The position numbers were made by a program, and so were the translations under genes. The notes beneath the pieces were generated by a model. It searched no databases and was not told where the DNA came from. It worked only from the letters and a program-made list of their open reading frames with translations. Shown one piece after another: positions 18,108 to 26,852 of a stretch of 64,000 nucleotides of DNA (position 1 is the stretch's first letter; every line of letters starts with the position of its first letter). The stretch is from a virus. Location of the stretch: the IMG/VR virus record IMGVR_UViG_3300042988_000771, positions 14,016-78,015 of that record. One strand, 5' to 3'.

Positions 18108-18332
18108 TCACATCAACTCCGGCATGACGTAGATGCAGGCGTTCAGGGCGTTCATGGCGGCCAACTGGACCTCCATGCTCGGGTCGGTGGACAGGATGTT
18201 GTACATATCATCCCGCCCAGCGGACTTGGCGGCGACGATCTTGGCGCACTGGAAGCAGGTTGCCGTCTCATACAGCCCGCAGGTGACTCCGTGAGTGGAG
18301 TGGCCGCACTCGGCCAGGTGTGGGTAGGGCAT
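18108..18332 (-). CDS. Hypothetical protein with His/Cys motifs
   Basis: H..EC...C...C..C. Confidence 0.55.
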   Translation of the reverse strand: MPYPHLAECGHSTHGVTCGLYETATCFQCAKIVAAKSAGRDDMYNILSTDPSMEVQLAAMNALNACIYVMPELM

Positions 18333-18340
18333 GTGATCTC

Positions 18341-18697
18341 CTAAGGCTGGAACGTCACGTAACTAGACCAAGCGCCAGCGCCTATCGCGTTGACTGCCCG
18401 AAGGCGGAAGTCGTGAGGGTCGCTGGAGCCGTCCATCATCGCAACGTCAGCGAGTGAACCGCTGACAGGACCGAACGATCCAGAAGTAGGGCTGAACGTC
18501 TGATTGGTCGCCTCCCACTCGTATCCGGTGATCGCTGATCCGCCGTTGCCGGGGACCGTCCATGTGATCGCCAGCCACCAGCCGCCAGCGTCCTCCCACG
18601 TGTTTCCCCAGTCGACAGCGAGATTGGTGACCTGATCGGGAACTGTGGCGACAACCTGCATCAAGAACGGGTTGATCAGGAGGTTCCCGCTCATCAC
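18341..18697 (-). CDS. Fibronectin type III domain protein
   Basis: VPD...L....ITW..P.NGGSAITGY...FRLRAVNAIG.G.WS. Confidence 0.85.
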   Translation of the reverse strand: MMSGNLLINPFLMQVVATVPDQVTNLAVDWGNTWEDAGGWWLAITWTVPGNGGSAITGYEWEATNQTFSPTSGSFGPVSGSLADVAMMDGSSDPHDFRLRAVNAIGAGAWSSYVTFQP

Positions 18698-20169
18698 GGC
18701 ACCGTGTAGTAGAGGACGACTTTCAGGCCCTTGGCCCCTGTCCCGGCCACGTCGATGTCGAAGGTGATCTCCGCATCGTCAGCGATGCTCGTGGTGACCA
18801 GGGAGGTGGCCGTGGCTGCTGTCGTGGAGGTCTTCTCGTTCGCGTCGATGGCCAGCTTGTTGGTGGCATGCAGGATGGAGGAGCCGCCCACGTTGATGTC
18901 CACCGTGGGGTTGCCCGAGCTGGACGCGGTGTTCAGGCTGGCGCGGGGGATCTGCGTGAGGATCATGGCCGAGGGCGCTCGCATGGTCACCTTGGCCGTG
19001 CCTGTCGTGATGGCTGTGGCCTCATCGCTCAGCGCCACGGTCATCGTCTGGTTGAGGATTCCGCCACCCGTGGAGTCCCGGTAGCGGATGAACACCACGA
19101 GGTCGGACCCCGCGACGGTGGAGCCGATCTGGTCGACGTCCACCGTCAGGTAGTCGCCCGCCGCGAAGGAGGTGACGTCCATGTTGGTGACCTCAGTCGC
19201 ATACAGGGCGGAGTCAGCAATAGCCGGTCGGTTGCCCTGCGTAGTGAAGATCGTGGTGCCGTTCTTGTTCACGTCCACAATGAGCGAGGCACCCGTGGGT
19301 GCTGTCCCCACAGCCGCGCTCACGCCGAGGATCGTGGCGGCGAAGGGGAAGCGGAACTTGGTGACGCCGGTAGCCACCGCAATAGTCCCAGCACGCCCGT
19401 AGGGGATGACCGACTGGCCGATGGGCCCCTGAGCGCCGGGTGCGCCGTCTGCTCCAACCCCGCCGAAGGGACCGACCGTGGACCCGTTGATGCGGGCGTA
19501 GAGGCCGCTCGTGGTGGTCCAGAGGTCGCCATTGGCGGGTGAGGTCGGGGCCACCCCGTGAGGGAGGTTCATGCTCGCGTACCCCGCCACCGAGGTGGCG
19601 AGGAGGAACTTGCCACCAGCGATGCTGGCGTAGGTGGGGTAGACGAAGAGGTTGGTCTCCGCCCCGGTGTCGTAGGCGCGGATCTTGGCGTGGCCATCGG
19701 TGTACGCGATGATCTGGGTGACGGTGTTCGTCGCGCTGTCTGACGAGTAGAACGCCCCGCTGGAGCCGGTCAGCATCATGTTGACGTCTTTGGTCCCGGC
19801 AGCCGAGAAGACGTCGACGGAGATCAGGGCTGGCGCTATCGACACGCTGCCGTAGTCCGTGGTGGGCGCGGCAGGAGCGCGGGAGATGGTGTCGAACGTG
19901 GAAGTGGTCGTCGTGGTGGACGTCTCGTCAAAGACGTTGCTGCCCGTGAAGGTCTGGTTGTTGGCGAGGTAGACGTCTCCGCCCCCACCACCGGTTCCCA
20001 ACGGGCCGACCGTTGCTCCGTTGACCCGCACGTACAGGCCTGCGGTGGTCGTCCACACGTCCCCGTTGGTAGGAGCGGAGGGCGCCGTACCGTGAGGGAT
20101 GTTGGCCGAGGCCCCGGCCGTCGTGGAAGCCGGGAAGGTGAAGGGGACTAGCGACTTCCTGCTCGCCAT
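18694..20169 (-). CDS. Tail fibre/appendage protein with internal repeats and a short collagen-like segment
   Basis: Duplicated PHG.AP..P.NGD.WTT..GLY.R.NG.TVGP, GxyGxy segment, two similar C-terminal domains. Confidence 0.75.
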   Translation of the reverse strand: MASRKSLVPFTFPASTTAGASANIPHGTAPSAPTNGDVWTTTAGLYVRVNGATVGPLGTGGGGGDVYLANNQTFTGSNVFDETSTTTTTSTFDTISRAPAAPTTDYGSVSIAPALISVDVFSAAGTKDVNMMLTGSSGAFYSSDSATNTVTQIIAYTDGHAKIRAYDTGAETNLFVYPTYASIAGGKFLLATSVAGYASMNLPHGVAPTSPANGDLWTTTSGLYARINGSTVGPFGGVGADGAPGAQGPIGQSVIPYGRAGTIAVATGVTKFRFPFAATILGVSAAVGTAPTGASLIVDVNKNGTTIFTTQGNRPAIADSALYATEVTNMDVTSFAAGDYLTVDVDQIGSTVAGSDLVVFIRYRDSTGGGILNQTMTVALSDEATAITTGTAKVTMRAPSAMILTQIPRASLNTASSSGNPTVDINVGGSSILHATNKLAIDANEKTSTTAATATSLVTTSIADDAEITFDIDVAGTGAKGLKVVLYYTVP

Positions 20170-20178
20170 AGACGAACT

Positions 20179-22029
20179 CTATCCGTGAATGACGAAGCGG
20201 TAGGTGTTGGCGGTAGGTGCAACCGCGAAGTTGAAGGTGGTCACCGAGGTGCTCGTGCACACCACGTCGACCTCCACCTGCGAGAGGGTCGCCACCTCGT
20301 AGACCTGGGCCATCACCCACTGCTGGCCGAGGTTGTGGGTGATGGCGATCGAGGTGGCCGAGGCGTGCGTGGCCGTGGTGAACAGCTGCGGGACATGGGC
20401 GTTGTTGGTGCCCGTGCGGTCCACTGCCACGGCGTCTGCCGTGACCGCGATGCCCGTGCCCGCGCCCACCGCGAGGATGTTGGAGGACTGGGTGAGGCCG
20501 TTGCCCGCCTGCGTGGCCGTGACCGTGAACATGAAGGCCCACGTGGAAGTGCTGGTTCCCGGCACCCATGGAGTGGCGGCAGTGGCGGTGCAGTAGTAGA
20601 ACGTGTTCGCCACGCCCGTACCGGCTTCGACCGGGACCACCGTTCCGATGCCGATCTCGCCATTCGCATCAGCGTCTGTCGCACGCGTGGGCGCACCCGA
20701 GGAAGCAACGATGTAGATGCCGTTCTCAGCCGCTGCCGTCTGGCCTGCCAGCAGGATGCGGTCGCCCGTGGCCAGCGTGAGGCCGTTGAGGGTCTGGCCG
20801 TTGGCGTAGGCGGTGGCGAGGGCCCCCTGCGTGAGGGCGATGGTGCGGACCGAGGCCTTCCAGTCCAGCCCCTGAATGAGTCCCTGCACCTGTCCCCATG
20901 TGGCCGCGTCAGTGGCCGCCGTGCCATCAGTCAGGTTCGTGATCTTGTGCGAGGCCATCGAGAAGTCGGCGGTGGTCGCACCGAGGTGGTTGATCGTGAC
21001 TGCCGAGTGGGCAGCACCGTCGTGGGTCGGCCCCTGATGCTGGTGGTTGGCCAATGCAAGCGCAGTGCCGGTTCCGTTGGAGTTGGTCCCTCCGAATGCA
21101 ACGGAGACGGGGGTTCCGATGGCCACATCGAACTTGACGTCCGACTGGGACGAGACGTCCGTGGCCGTGGCCGTGGTGTAGGTGCCGTTGACGAAGTTGA
21201 TGACGTTGCGCTGGGTGATCGCCGCAGCGTTGTTGGCCTTGATCGACTGGTTGTAGACCGTGCCGCCAGCCGAGGCCCACGTACCCGGCGTGCCGCCCGC
21301 GGTGCAGACCCACATCACGCCGTTCTGGGAGACGATCCAGTCACCCGTGACGAACGTGCCGGTGGCCGGAGAGCCCGAGGCGGTGGAGCCGACGTAGCGG
21401 GAGGCGGCCGTGGCACCCGTCAGGCCAGTGGCGATGAGCGCCGTGCCCGAGATGGTGTTCGACATGGTGATCGAGCCAGTGCCCGACACCGCCGCGTTGA
21501 AGGCGTTCGTGCCCGACCACGTGTTGTTCGCGCCGAAGACCCAGTTGCCGACCCGCGCCCAGGTGCCGGGGGTGCCGCCCGAGGTGTTGATCCAGACGTC
21601 GCCGCCCGTGGTGACGATCCAGTCGCCCGTGGCGAAGGTGCCCGAGGCCGGGGCGCCGGAGGCCGTGCCGCCCGCGTACTTGGTGGACACCGCAGCGCCG
21701 GTCTGGCCGGTGGCGGTGTGCTGGGTGGCGCTGAACACGCCACCGACGCTGGACCCGCCCACGCCGGTCAGGTTGATGGTGCTATTGCCCGTGACCGCGC
21801 CGTTGAAGACGTTGGTGGAGGTCCACGTGTTGGCCAGTCCCAGCAGGGAGGCCGGGTTCAGGTTCACCCAGGCGGAGTTGCTCCGGTACCACGGGGAGTG
21901 GGAGACCGTGTCGTGGTAGATCTGGCCCTCAACGGGGGTGCCAGGAGCTGCCGCCAGGTTCTGGATGACAGCGTTCTGGATCTCCAGCTTCTGGAAGTCG
22001 AAGGGTACGCCTACCTTGCGTGCGGCCAT
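20179..22029 (-). CDS. Tail fibre protein
   Basis: 616 aa; duplicated G.TASG.P..GTF.TGDWIV...GGTPGTW, KITNL.DGT..TDAAT, GDRILL..Q....ENGIY, C-terminal HNLG domain. Confidence 0.82.
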   Translation of the reverse strand: MAARKVGVPFDFQKLEIQNAVIQNLAAAPGTPVEGQIYHDTVSHSPWYRSNSAWVNLNPASLLGLANTWTSTNVFNGAVTGNSTINLTGVGGSSVGGVFSATQHTATGQTGAAVSTKYAGGTASGAPASGTFATGDWIVTTGGDVWINTSGGTPGTWARVGNWVFGANNTWSGTNAFNAAVSGTGSITMSNTISGTALIATGLTGATAASRYVGSTASGSPATGTFVTGDWIVSQNGVMWVCTAGGTPGTWASAGGTVYNQSIKANNAAAITQRNVINFVNGTYTTATATDVSSQSDVKFDVAIGTPVSVAFGGTNSNGTGTALALANHQHQGPTHDGAAHSAVTINHLGATTADFSMASHKITNLTDGTAATDAATWGQVQGLIQGLDWKASVRTIALTQGALATAYANGQTLNGLTLATGDRILLAGQTAAAENGIYIVASSGAPTRATDADANGEIGIGTVVPVEAGTGVANTFYYCTATAATPWVPGTSTSTWAFMFTVTATQAGNGLTQSSNILAVGAGTGIAVTADAVAVDRTGTNNAHVPQLFTTATHASATSIAITHNLGQQWVMAQVYEVATLSQVEVDVVCTSTSVTTFNFAVAPTANTYRFVIHG

Positions 22030-22038
22030 GTCTATCTC

Positions 22039-22443
22039 CTAGGTGCAGTAAGCCGTTCCGGCGAATGCGAACGACGAGCGTGAGTACAAGGAGTTCAGGT
22101 CGATGTACTCGATTTCAGTCTCCCATGACGTTCCACCAGAGTCCTGGACCGCGACGTTGGGGTGGTACCCGAGGTTGTGGACGATCAGCCAGACGTCCGA
22201 GGCAACCATCTGGTCGTGCTTGTAGTAGACGTTCCCCGTGACCGTGACGTCGCCGGGATCGCCTTTGGGTCCGGGTGGGCCGGGGACTCCGGGGTCCCCA
22301 GCGGGGCCGGTTCCGCCCTGCAATCCGGTGGCGGCGATCTCCACCACGACGACGGCAGGCTCAATGACCACCTCTGGGGGAGCCGTGGTGTCCACCGTGA
22401 CGACGAGGAGGTCCTCGTTGAAGGTGACCTCGGAGACGCTCAT
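22039..22443 (-). CDS. Collagen-like fibre-associated protein
   Basis: (Gxy)n including GPPGPKGD; C-terminal HNLG.HP.V.V.D domain. Confidence 0.75.
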   Translation of the reverse strand: MSVSEVTFNEDLLVVTVDTTAPPEVVIEPAVVVVEIAATGLQGGTGPAGDPGVPGPPGPKGDPGDVTVTGNVYYKHDQMVASDVWLIVHNLGYHPNVAVQDSGGTSWETEIEYIDLNSLYSRSSFAFAGTAYCT

Positions 22444-22832
22444 TCGGCCACGTTCTTCCAGACGATCCAGTCACCCACCACGAAGGGGACCTCCTGGCCG
22501 GACGGCTCCTCCAGGAGGATGTCCAGCTTCCCGCTTCGCAGGCCCACCAGGGTCATGTCCTCGTCGGGTACGACGATCTTCACCCAGGTCCCTGTCAGGG
22601 GCGCGAGAGCCGCCTCGAAGGTGATCGACCCATCGTCCGATGAGGCGGTGACGACAGGGGTCTCGTCGTACTTGGCGGTCATGGCGAAGCGGGCCTTGTA
22701 GCCCGTGGAGTTGGTCAGGCCAGCGTGACGGATGTTCATCCGCAGGGTCCTGCCACGGAAGACCAGGACGCTGATGGAGCCGTCGTCGTTGAGGACGATC
22801 GGCTGCTTCGGGGTCGGGTTCCCCATGAGCAC
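22440..22832 (-). CDS. Fibre attachment protein (BppU-N-like)
   Basis: 130 aa beta protein; first gene of the fibre module. Confidence 0.55.
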   Translation of the reverse strand: MLMGNPTPKQPIVLNDDGSISVLVFRGRTLRMNIRHAGLTNSTGYKARFAMTAKYDETPVVTASSDDGSITFEAALAPLTGTWVKIVVPDEDMTLVGLRSGKLDILLEEPSGQEVPFVVGDWIVWKNVAE

Positions 22833-22844
22833 CTCCCAGTACCA

Positions 22845-22863
22845 AGCGTACTGAGCGGGTCAC
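22845..22863 (-). promoter_or_regulatory. Putative late promoter GTGAC-CCGCT-CA-G-TACGCT heading the fibre module
   Basis: Repeated motif with conserved spacing. Confidence 0.55.
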
Positions 22864-22868
22864 ATCAC

Positions 22869-22940
22869 TCAGAAGACTCCGACCACGGCGAGGACCAGAA
22901 GGATCACCAGCACGATGATGATGATCCCTACGAGGCTCAT
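22869..22940 (-). CDS. 23-aa hydrophobic peptide
   Basis: MSLVGIIIIVLVILLVLAVVGVF; ATGA overlap with the upstream peptide. Confidence 0.55.
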   Translation of the reverse strand: MSLVGIIIIVLVILLVLAVVGVF

Positions 22941-23020
22941 CTTCGCCAGCCGAGCAGCACCAGGATGAGGATGACGACGAGCAGGACGGTGTCGATGATC
23001 AGCAGTACGTTGTTGTCCAT
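22937..23020 (-). CDS. 27-aa hydrophobic peptide
   Basis: MDNNVLLIIDTVLLVVILILVLLGWRR; GC3-rich codons. Confidence 0.55.
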   Translation of the reverse strand: MDNNVLLIIDTVLLVVILILVLLGWRR

Positions 23021-23047
23021 ACCCACCACAGTCCTCGCATGTGGGGC

Positions 23048-23080
23048 AAAAGGAAAGGCCCCCAGGTTTCCCTAGGGGCC
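23048..23080 (-). terminator. Intrinsic terminator ending the replication operon
   Basis: GGCCCCTAGG-GAAA-CCTGGGGGCC followed by TTTCCTTTT. Confidence 0.8.
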
Positions 23081-23234
23081 GTCCTCGGTCAACTAACGGC
23101 CAAGGCCGGTCGTCTACCTACTTCCCCACCTACGGGATTTCAGGTCCCGCTGGAGTCCTCGGGCCACGGGGGTCCTGAGGCGCTTGAGTCCGGTTCCCTC
23201 GCAGGTTCCGGTCCGTGGTTCAGCAAGGAGGAAT

Positions 23235-23426
23235 CTAGGTGTCCTCCGCGCTCATGTCAAGCACCCTGTAGGTGATGGAGCCATCGGGGTTGTTGAACCT
23301 CTGGAGGACGTCAGTCGTCTTCAGATTGAGCATCGTGCTCACGGTGACGGTGATCTCCCCACCCGCCTGAGCCACCAGCAGGGTGATGGCCCGAACAGCC
23401 TCGTAGAACAGATCCTCATCGTCCAT
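23235..23426 (-). CDS. Hypothetical protein
   Basis: MDDEDLFYEAV..., RBS GGGAG. Confidence 0.6.
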   Translation of the reverse strand: MDDEDLFYEAVRAITLLVAQAGGEITVTVSTMLNLKTTDVLQRFNNPDGSITYRVLDMSAEDT

Positions 23427-24123
23427 TGCCACTCCCGTCGATGATGGCGAGGACATCCAGCAGGTACTCCATCGCTCGCTTGACTGTCGCTGATCCGTCG
23501 TCGGTCTTAGCGATCAGTTCGCACTCAGCGATCCACTTCTCCCGCTCGTCACGCTGGCCGTAGCCAACGATCTGACGGGCGATGACCCGCAATCCCTCGT
23601 CGGTGTAGGTGATGTCCAGACCGATGGTCTGGAGCAGTTGCACCGCGTCGTCGACGGACTGGCAGGCGTCTAGAGCGGCTCGCTCGTCCCGCACGCCCTG
23701 CTCGTAGCGCATATTCCCGTACTCCACGGTGTCGATGCGAGCGGGCGCCCCGTAGTCCTCACCAGCCGGGGCCACGCTGGTTTCGGAACCGATGGGGGCG
23801 GTGGCGTGAGGAGTTGACGCCTCACCATCGGGGGAGGTCTCTGGGTGGCAGTTGCAGGAGCCACCAGATAGGAAGGTGCAGTCCGTACCGTGGATTCCGC
23901 CACCCGCAGCGATGGCGTCACGCTGGCCCTGCTCCTCGCCGTCTGCGTACCCATCGGCGTAGGCCTGCGCCCAGTTCACGGTGAGGTTCTTGCCTTCCTT
24001 GATGCCACGTCGCTCGGCCTCCGCGACGGCGGCAACGTGGTCGGCGTAGGTGACGTAGCGGCCACCAATCGACGGTTCCATGCGCCCGACCACGCTTACC
24101 TGCGTCCACCGCTGGATGCTCAT
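23416..24123 (-). CDS. Hypothetical protein with repeated EQGxRD motifs
   Basis: EQGQRD / EQGVRDER / GYGQRDER. Confidence 0.6.
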   Translation of the reverse strand: MSIQRWTQVSVVGRMEPSIGGRYVTYADHVAAVAEAERRGIKEGKNLTVNWAQAYADGYADGEEQGQRDAIAAGGGIHGTDCTFLSGGSCNCHPETSPDGEASTPHATAPIGSETSVAPAGEDYGAPARIDTVEYGNMRYEQGVRDERAALDACQSVDDAVQLLQTIGLDITYTDEGLRVIARQIVGYGQRDEREKWIAECELIAKTDDGSATVKRAMEYLLDVLAIIDGSGNGR

Positions 24124-24425
24124 GGTGTCTCCTCCCCGTCGATGACAGCGAGGATGCCATCTACTGACGTGACAGCCGTCAGGTGCGCCCACTTGTCACC
24201 GGGGTCTGCCCAAGTGACGTGGATGACCTTCAACCCCTCCACCGCCTTGCGGATACGGTCCTGCTCGGATTCGACAGCGACCTTGATGTGACCCGGCTCA
24301 CCCCACCCGTCGTCCATCGCCTCGCCGTACCCACGGTCGCGTGCCAGGCGAAGCCGGTCGCAGATGCAGACGCCGCTCACGATGACGGTTTCGGCTAGGA
24401 AGCACTCGGGCAGATGCTCAGCCAT
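24120..24425 (-). CDS. Hypothetical protein
   Basis: H.PEC...CICD.L motif. Confidence 0.55.
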   Translation of the reverse strand: MAEHLPECFLAETVIVSGVCICDRLRLARDRGYGEAMDDGWGEPGHIKVAVESEQDRIRKAVEGLKVIHVTWADPGDKWAHLTAVTSVDGILAVIDGEETP

Positions 24426-24690
24426 TGAGAGCCTTCACGTTGATGTCGGGATGGACGTAGACCGGCCACTTGCGACGGTCGGTCTCGTTGCCCTCGTCGT
24501 CCACGTAGATCCGCGCCATCCACTCCAGCCGGTACCGGATGACAGGGAACTCGGCCAAGGGAGTCTCCTCAGCGGTGAGGAAGGCAGCAGGCGGCAGCAT
24601 TCCCGGCTCCATGTACTCCTGCGGAAGCGGATCGGGGACGTTGTACTCCTCGCCATCCCTATGACCGCCGAAGATGGTGACCCTAGTCAT
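24418..24690 (-). CDS. Hypothetical protein
   Basis: MTRVTIFGGHRDG... motif. Confidence 0.55.
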   Translation of the reverse strand: MTRVTIFGGHRDGEEYNVPDPLPQEYMEPGMLPPAAFLTAEETPLAEFPVIRYRLEWMARIYVDDEGNETDRRKWPVYVHPDINVKALNG

Positions 24691-24946
24691 GGACGTGCCC
24701 GACGTCCACGGCCTCCTCGTGGACATGGTCGTCAGCGCGGTGGATCTCGTAGACCCGCTTGGTGACCATGACGTCCCCGTTGTGGAGCATCAGCTGACCG
24801 GCGATCTTCCCGCCGTCTACGGGCACCCGCACGTAGAGGGTGATGATCACGCCGTTGGGGCTGATCAGGATCTCGGCCACATCGTTGGGGTCGACCTCGG
24901 CCTCAAGGATGAGGGCGTTGATGGTGTCGAACTCGATCATGTTCAT
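24683..24946 (-). CDS. Hypothetical protein
   Basis: Coupled ORF, good codon usage. Confidence 0.55.
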   Translation of the reverse strand: MNMIEFDTINALILEAEVDPNDVAEILISPNGVIITLYVRVPVDGGKIAGQLMLHNGDVMVTKRVYEIHRADDHVHEEAVDVGHVHD

Positions 24947-25347
24947 AGCGAATCCGCCCTTCTGGCGTCTGCGAGGAGTGCTTCCTGGGTGAGTCGTCGG
25001 GAACCGAGGTCAGCGCACTTGCGAGCAAGCTCGATGAAGGCCTTCAGTTCCCCTGTCCTGAACTTATAGAGCGGCGAGCCACGGTGGACCAGCCCCTCGC
25101 GCTCGGCCGCGTGGATGCGCATGTCGATCTCCTGCGCTCGGGCGTAGTAGGCCGTAGCGACCTCCATCATGGCGAGGTAGGGCGAGTCAATGGGCGAGGG
25201 CTCGCGGCCCAGCAGGATGTCCACGTAGCCCTGCAACTCGGCCCACAGGTGCTCCACGGAGTCCAGGCCGATCTCGACCTCGACGCTGGACAGCGTCCTG
25301 CCGAACTGGACGTCCGTGGAGCTGGCACGCCGGATGCGAACGCTCAC
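24943..25347 (-). CDS. Helical hypothetical protein downstream of the exonuclease
   Basis: GTG start coupled to the Cas4-like gene. Confidence 0.6.
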   Translation of the reverse strand: MSVRIRRASSTDVQFGRTLSSVEVEIGLDSVEHLWAELQGYVDILLGREPSPIDSPYLAMMEVATAYYARAQEIDMRIHAAEREGLVHRGSPLYKFRTGELKAFIELARKCADLGSRRLTQEALLADARRADSL

Positions 25348-26114
25348 TCCTTCCCCCTCGGGAAGATCTTGATCTTCAGGCAGGAGTCCTTGAACGGGCA
25401 GTTGCGGAAGGGACCGACCGGAGACATCGCCGCGCACTCAGGCAGGACGGGCGGCAGCTTCTTGTTGTCCAGGTACTCGTTCAGCCGCTCGATGGACTCG
25501 CGGACGTCCCTGATCGTCTTCTCGTTGCGGGGGACGAGGAACTCCCGCCACTCCTGGGTGTCCTTGTTCTCGTAGACGATGGAGAAGTGGTCCAGGCCCC
25601 CGAGGTACATGTAGTGATGGACCTGGAAGTCGTGCATGTCCTTCGGGCCGTAGGTGTTGACCGACCCGAAGCCACGGGAGTTGATGCTCTTGAGCTCGAA
25701 CCCGCCGTCGTCATGGCAGATCCCGTCCATCGTGCCACCGGCCCGCAGGTCGTCCCGGTCCACCGGGACCTCGGCCACCTTGAGCCAGCCCGCCGTCAGG
25801 CCCTGCATCTGCCACTTGAGGTGGATGAAGTGGCCCGTGGCGAAGATGGCGGCGAGGTCGGGGGTGATCTTCTCCATCTTCGGGACACCTGCCATGGCGA
25901 GCACCTGCCTGCGGGTGCACTGACCCGCCGAGGATGCGCGGAACATGCGCTTGCGCAGCCGCTGGGAGCCGGACTTGCCTGCCAACTGCGTGGCGGCGAA
26001 CTCCTGGGCTGCCTTGGAGTAGTGCGGCTCGGGGTTGGCAGTCATCCACTCCTCGTGCATGACCGTGATGGGCAGGCCCTTCTGGACCGCCGCGATCTGG
26101 CTCTTGAGACTCAC
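25344..26114 (-). CDS. Cas4-like PD-(D/E)XK exonuclease
   Basis: RASS...C.R, G...H, DG....ELKS, Q...Y, three C-terminal Cys (Fe-S staple). Confidence 0.87.
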   Translation of the reverse strand: MSLKSQIAAVQKGLPITVMHEEWMTANPEPHYSKAAQEFAATQLAGKSGSQRLRKRMFRASSAGQCTRRQVLAMAGVPKMEKITPDLAAIFATGHFIHLKWQMQGLTAGWLKVAEVPVDRDDLRAGGTMDGICHDDGGFELKSINSRGFGSVNTYGPKDMHDFQVHHYMYLGGLDHFSIVYENKDTQEWREFLVPRNEKTIRDVRESIERLNEYLDNKKLPPVLPECAAMSPVGPFRNCPFKDSCLKIKIFPRGKE

Positions 26115-26320
26115 ATCTGCTCCTCGTACGGCTCGGTGTAGGTCCAGCGGATCTCCCACGTCGGCTCAGCGTCGTCAGGCCAGCCTTCCTTGGCCTTTGT
26201 CTTCTCGAACGACTTGCGTAGGGTCCCCATGAAGATGCCCACGATGTCCACCGCCGCCCGGTTGAGCGCCGCGTCAGTGAACAAGGTGTGGTCGCCCCAC
26301 GTCCTCGGCATGCGGCTCAT
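26111..26320 (-). CDS. Hypothetical protein
   Basis: Coupled ORF. Confidence 0.5.
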   Translation of the reverse strand: MSRMPRTWGDHTLFTDAALNRAAVDIVGIFMGTLRKSFEKTKAKEGWPDDAEPTWEIRWTYTEPYEEQM

Positions 26321-26520
26321 GCCCGGCACGCGTTCCCGCGGTCGATGAGCTGCCGGGACAACTCGGAGACGTAGCCCTCCCACGCGGGCGGCGTGTCGGC
26401 CGGATCAAGGTTGATGAGCATGGTCGCCAGCGCGAAGGCATCGGTCGCGTCCATCTCCATGACGACCCTCTTGGACTGCGTGCTCGGAGTCATCGTCAGG
26501 GCGGTGTAGATCTGGATCAT
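26317..26520 (-). CDS. Hypothetical protein
   Basis: Coupled ORF. Confidence 0.55.
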   Translation of the reverse strand: MIQIYTALTMTPSTQSKRVVMEMDATDAFALATMLINLDPADTPPAWEGYVSELSRQLIDRGNACRA

Positions 26521-26852
26521 GAGGCCCTCCTCGGGTACTTGGCGGACAGGTACTGGTCGGACCCGTCGTAGACGATCTGGCCGTTCTCAGTGGTGATGTA
26601 ACCGTCGATGAGGACATCGCCCTTGTAGGCATCCCCGCCATCAGCGCACTCATGGCAGCGAGGGCACAGCGCGATGAGGTGGTAGGTCTCGTTGATGGAG
26701 TCGAGGATGCGTCCTCCACGGGCCTTGGTCAACGCGTGGTGAACCTCCACGGGTCCGAGCCCGCATCTAGTCCAAGCGTCGGAGCCTTCGATGTAGACCA
26801 TCGCCTCACAGTGTCCGTTGGCCCTCTGACGGACCAGTTCGATGTTCTTCAC
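26517..26852 (-). CDS. HNH endonuclease-like protein
   Basis: RA.G.CE...C....EVHH....RGG.....LIALC..CH. Confidence 0.8.
   Translation of the reverse strand: MKNIELVRQRANGHCEAMVYIEGSDAWTRCGLGPVEVHHALTKARGGRILDSINETYHLIALCPRCHECADGGDAYKGDVLIDGYITTENGQIVYDGSDQYLSAKYPRRAS

Noticed and set aside
16251-22029. Diversity-generating retroelement acting on the fibre genes
   Set aside because: No reverse transcriptase; the repeats are diverged protein-level duplications, not adenine-specific TR/VR pairs
25344-26114. Cas4 as evidence of a CRISPR system
   Set aside because: Solo Cas4-like exonucleases are common in phage replication modules; no repeat-spacer array or other cas genes seen
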